Part shown: positions 43,870 to 46,390 of the stretch, piece after piece | How the letters are laid out: each line of letters starts with the position of its first letter | Numbering within the stretch: the first letter of the stretch is position 1 | Source: a virus | Taxonomy: Duplodnaviria; Caudoviricetes | DNA: 46,390 nt | Virus record (IMG/VR): IMGVR_UViG_3300027798_000070 | Coordinates: 1-46,390 of that record | Direction: 5' to 3' (one strand) | The notes under the pieces: generated by a model | Told to the model about the DNA's origin: nothing | What the model saw: only the letters and a program-made list of their open reading frames with translations | Databases searched by the model: none | Made by a program: the position numbers and the translations under genes

Positions 43870-44166
43870 TTAGTGCATTGTAGTACCCTCTGGGACGCCC
43901 CATTCTGATCGCTGGTAGTCATCTAGGGCTAAGGACATGGCTAGGTGCATAGAGTTAGGAGAGTGCCTGTAGAGGGCCATAATCCAGTAGAAGAAGGAAC
44001 CTAGCTGGATCGCTGTGGCTGCATCAGGAAGGGTATCCCTGATAGTCTCACAGAAGTCGACCCAAGGTTGGTCTTCGTCAACACTATTGTTCTCTTCATT
44101 TGTGGTATCAGTCAAATTCAAACCCTTTCCACTTCCAGTCTTTGTCGATAGGCATGTAGTAGTCAC
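43870..44166 (-). CDS. hypothetical protein (start uncertain)
   Basis: Fills gap on operon strand; true start probably downstream of 44166. Confidence 0.5.
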   Translation of the reverse strand: MTTTCLSTKTGSGKGLNLTDTTNEENNSVDEDQPWVDFCETIRDTLPDAATAIQLGSFFYWIMALYRHSPNSMHLAMSLALDDYQRSEWGVPEGTTMH

Positions 44167-44338
44167 ATCGCTTGCTGTAGTCAGACCATGCTACTGGGGC
44201 GTAGTCCATGCCATAAGAGGTTGCCCAAGCTTCTGCACGGGCTTTCTCATCTTCGCTCATGTATCTATGGCACTGAGGGGCTGTTTTACAGTTCTCCCCT
44301 GCCACACAAAAGGTAGTGTCTTTGTAACAAAGGACCAT
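44108..44338 (-). CDS. small Cys-containing hypothetical protein
   Basis: MVLCYKDTTFC..C..CHR after GGGAAG. Confidence 0.65.
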   Translation of the reverse strand: MVLCYKDTTFCVAGENCKTAPQCHRYMSEDEKARAEAWATSYGMDYAPVAWSDYSKRCDYYMPIDKDWKWKGFEFD

Positions 44339-44339
44339 A

Positions 44340-44606
44340 TCAGAGAACTTCCCATGAGATAACACGAGACTGGTAGAACGATTTCCACCGTTTAGCGTCA
44401 AGGTCAAACACTTTGATCAGGTCAGTATTCTCAAAGCTTGCTGTGTAGTAGTGCATAAACTGTTGCTCATCTTCTGTAGGCTCATCGAAGAAGTTACAGT
44501 TCATGGTGCGGACCTCATCACTGTTAGCCTTACGGAAGGTCACTGTGAAGTCGCTGTCACCAATGACAACTGGGTTGAACTTCTGCATTGTGTCGGTCAT
44601 TGCCAT
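44340..44606 (-). CDS. DUF2693/WYL_2-like SH3-fold protein
   Basis: FTVTFRK...R.M...VFDL....WKSF; GAGGAG RBS. Confidence 0.6.
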   Translation of the reverse strand: MAMTDTMQKFNPVVIGDSDFTVTFRKANSDEVRTMNCNFFDEPTEDEQQFMHYYTASFENTDLIKVFDLDAKRWKSFYQSRVISWEVL

Positions 44607-44630
44607 CTCCTCTAAGTCTTCCATAAGGGT

Positions 44631-44660
44631 GTTGTATGCTGATTCGTATAGGTTTGTCAA
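44631..44660 (-). promoter_or_regulatory. sigma70-like promoter with GANTC in spacer
   Basis: TTGACA-AACCTATACGAATCAGCA-TACAAC. Confidence 0.55.
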
Positions 44661-44690
44661 GAGTGTTTATCCTTTAAGACTAACTGCTTC

Positions 44691-44960
44691 TTATGCATAA
44701 GCGTTGTCAGAGTACTTTTCCCAATAAGTCTCGTTAGCTATCTCCAAGACTATATCAATCTCACGCTTGGTCAACTCTACATGGTCCCCATTGTCATCGA
44801 AGGACTCTTGGTACACAAGGTCAGGCTCATCGAAGACCTCATACTGATAGCCTGTGTCGCTGTAGTAAACCCAAGCACCGTCACCGTGGTCAACGATTGC
44901 AACACAGACTTCCAGTTGACCGAAAGGCTCTTTGTCTAGGTAGACGTTCAGGTAGTCCAT
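44691..44960 (-). CDS. acidic hypothetical protein
   Basis: AAGGA RBS; 89 aa. Confidence 0.7.
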   Translation of the reverse strand: MDYLNVYLDKEPFGQLEVCVAIVDHGDGAWVYYSDTGYQYEVFDEPDLVYQESFDDNGDHVELTKREIDIVLEIANETYWEKYSDNAYA

Positions 44961-45014
44961 GTGGTGTCCTTCCGTTTTCTCAAGTAAGCGAAGCTTGCGC
45001 TTCTTTCTTTCATT

Positions 45015-45044
45015 GTGTATCGCATGATTCTAGCGAAAGGTCAA
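45015..45044 (-). promoter_or_regulatory. sigma70-like promoter with GANTC in spacer
   Basis: TTGACC-TTTCGCTAGAATCATGC-GATACA; weak -10. Confidence 0.45.
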
Positions 45045-46054
45045 TGCCTAAAGTTTCTCTGCCACTTCTCTTTCAGGTCAATGCAGTCATCAAGCAGACC
45101 ATCAGCAGAGTAACCATAGGACTGCAAGATTTGTGCAACCTGATCAGGATAACGCTTCATAACCGACTTGATGTCACCACAGTCAGGTTCATCATCAAGG
45201 TAGCTGTCATTCCAAGGATCATCATAGTAGTCATGGGTAGGCACCTTGCGGGCCTTATAGGGACCCTTGTCGTAACTGCTATACTCTACAGCACCAAGAG
45301 CACGCTTGAAGACAAGCTTAGACCAGTCTGCCACAACAAGAGATTGGATAAGGTACTCAAGGAACACTAAGTCTTGGCTCTCTTTTTTGGTGTGCTGATT
45401 GAAGTAACCAACAGAGATATTGGTGCACTCTGAGATGTAGTCTACATACTCATTGCTGTCCGTGTAGGCACCTGTAGTATCTTTGACCATAGACATATCA
45501 AGGATGTCAGCAAGGCTGTCAGCGAAGGCGTCAGAGCATGTACGAGCACCCATCTGGTGAGTGATGATACTTGTGTAACCCTTACGGTCAAAGCTGATAG
45601 CTGCGTCTACCTGACCAATCCAAGCAGGAAAATCTTTGACTAGAGCACTGGAACCTACGCAACCAATCTCTTCGCCAGCATGAACCACATAGACACCGGG
45701 TACACCCTCTTCGATCATGCGCAACATGATGTAGATACCTGTAGTGCAATCAGCACCAAGGCAATCATTACCTGTAGAGAAAGCATGGTCGTCCATGATC
45801 TGAACGATCTGTCTACCATCTGTGTGGTGAACTGTGTCGTGGTGAGACATAAAGGCTACACGAGGCTTAGTGCCAATAGTAAGAATGTAGTTGCCATGTG
45901 CGTCAGGCTTACCGAACACTGGCTCAAGGAACCTGCGACAGAACTTCTTCTGATAACGAGAACCATCTGGGCGCTTGTAGGCAAGCATATCGATGAAGTT
46001 AGGTGCAACGTAAACTTTAGTTGTAGTTTTTGTTGCGGTCATGTCGAAAGTCAT
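45041..46054 (-). CDS. M28/M42-like zinc peptidase
   Basis: SHHDTVH, LGAD, EEIG, DR, HT..E metal-ligand pattern. Confidence 0.8.
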   Translation of the reverse strand: MTFDMTATKTTTKVYVAPNFIDMLAYKRPDGSRYQKKFCRRFLEPVFGKPDAHGNYILTIGTKPRVAFMSHHDTVHHTDGRQIVQIMDDHAFSTGNDCLGADCTTGIYIMLRMIEEGVPGVYVVHAGEEIGCVGSSALVKDFPAWIGQVDAAISFDRKGYTSIITHQMGARTCSDAFADSLADILDMSMVKDTTGAYTDSNEYVDYISECTNISVGYFNQHTKKESQDLVFLEYLIQSLVVADWSKLVFKRALGAVEYSSYDKGPYKARKVPTHDYYDDPWNDSYLDDEPDCGDIKSVMKRYPDQVAQILQSYGYSADGLLDDCIDLKEKWQRNFRH

Positions 46055-46099
46055 TCTGTTTCCTGTTTGTCAGGCTGTTAGCGGAGTTGCTATTCATTA

Positions 46100-46128
46100 T
46101 TTATAGATGGTATTCAGTGATTCGTCAA
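46100..46128 (-). promoter_or_regulatory. sigma70-like promoter with GANTC at the -35 edge
   Basis: TTGACG-AATCACTGAATACCATC-TATAAA, 17-bp spacer. Confidence 0.7.
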
Positions 46129-46134
46129 GCCCTA

Positions 46135-46207
46135 ATTTCCACTATGGGGGTCAACCCCTTTATTTCCATCGTGGGGGTCAGACGAACAATTTCCACCGTG
46201 GGGGTCA
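46135..46207. repeat. three 19-bp direct repeats, 27-bp period
   Basis: ATTTCCAYYRTGGGGGTCA at 46135, 46162, 46189. Confidence 0.9.
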
Positions 46208-46264
46208 GGCCGTTTTTGGTCGTTTCTGCGTTGCGGCACGATTGCTGCGGGTGCATTGCTGCGG

Positions 46265-46390
46265 CGCGGCGTTAGCGCTACCACGACTCGAATGGTCGTG
46301 ATTATTTTATTACTTAAATCACTCTGATTTAGTTAAGCCGATTTACATACGGAAAGAGTCAGGGATTGGCACATTTGGATATCTAAATAT
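46265..46390. repeat. 126-bp terminal direct repeat (copy 2)
   Basis: Identical to 18..143. Confidence 0.9.

Noticed and set aside
46135-46207. Mini CRISPR array
   Set aside because: Spacers are only 8 bp, repeats are 19 bp and imperfect, and no cas genes

Overview
The window looks like an essentially complete ~46.2 kb lytic siphovirus genome; a 126-bp direct repeat (18..143 = 46265..46390) closes it into a circle. The + strand carries an unusual early block (443..2521), a tRNA-Trp-like gene, packaging, head, neck and tail genes, and a SAR endolysin / probable u-spanin lysis cassette, ending at a convergent terminator (~29541..29588). The - strand carries a T7-like replication module (primase-helicase, PolA, probable SSB, exonuclease, endonuclease I), nucleotide genes (class II RNR, ThyX, MazG, DUF3310, PhoH), an orphan adenine methyltransferase, an array of small GC-rich genes and an M28-like peptidase. 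I recognised no integrase or repressor. An alphaproteobacterial (possibly Rhodobacteraceae) host is inferred, not shown. The main unexplained signal is a ~2.9 kb island with about 47 GANTC sites (hand count; 29 inside one gene, where all 21 Asp/Glu-Ser pairs spell GANTC), against about 1 site per 1.4 kb in two structural regions sampled. Four leftward promoters also carry TGATTC[G/T] between -35 and -10, which suggests use of the host CcrM/GcrA methylation circuit. Other notable signals: HNH paralogues that duplicate the 3' end of the gene they follow, a possible plug-and-socket fibre docking pair, an ATA start plus internal start in the primase-helicase, two pseudoknots, and a small-gene array with a shared junction motif. 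All counts were made by eye and all family names come from motif recognition, not database searches.
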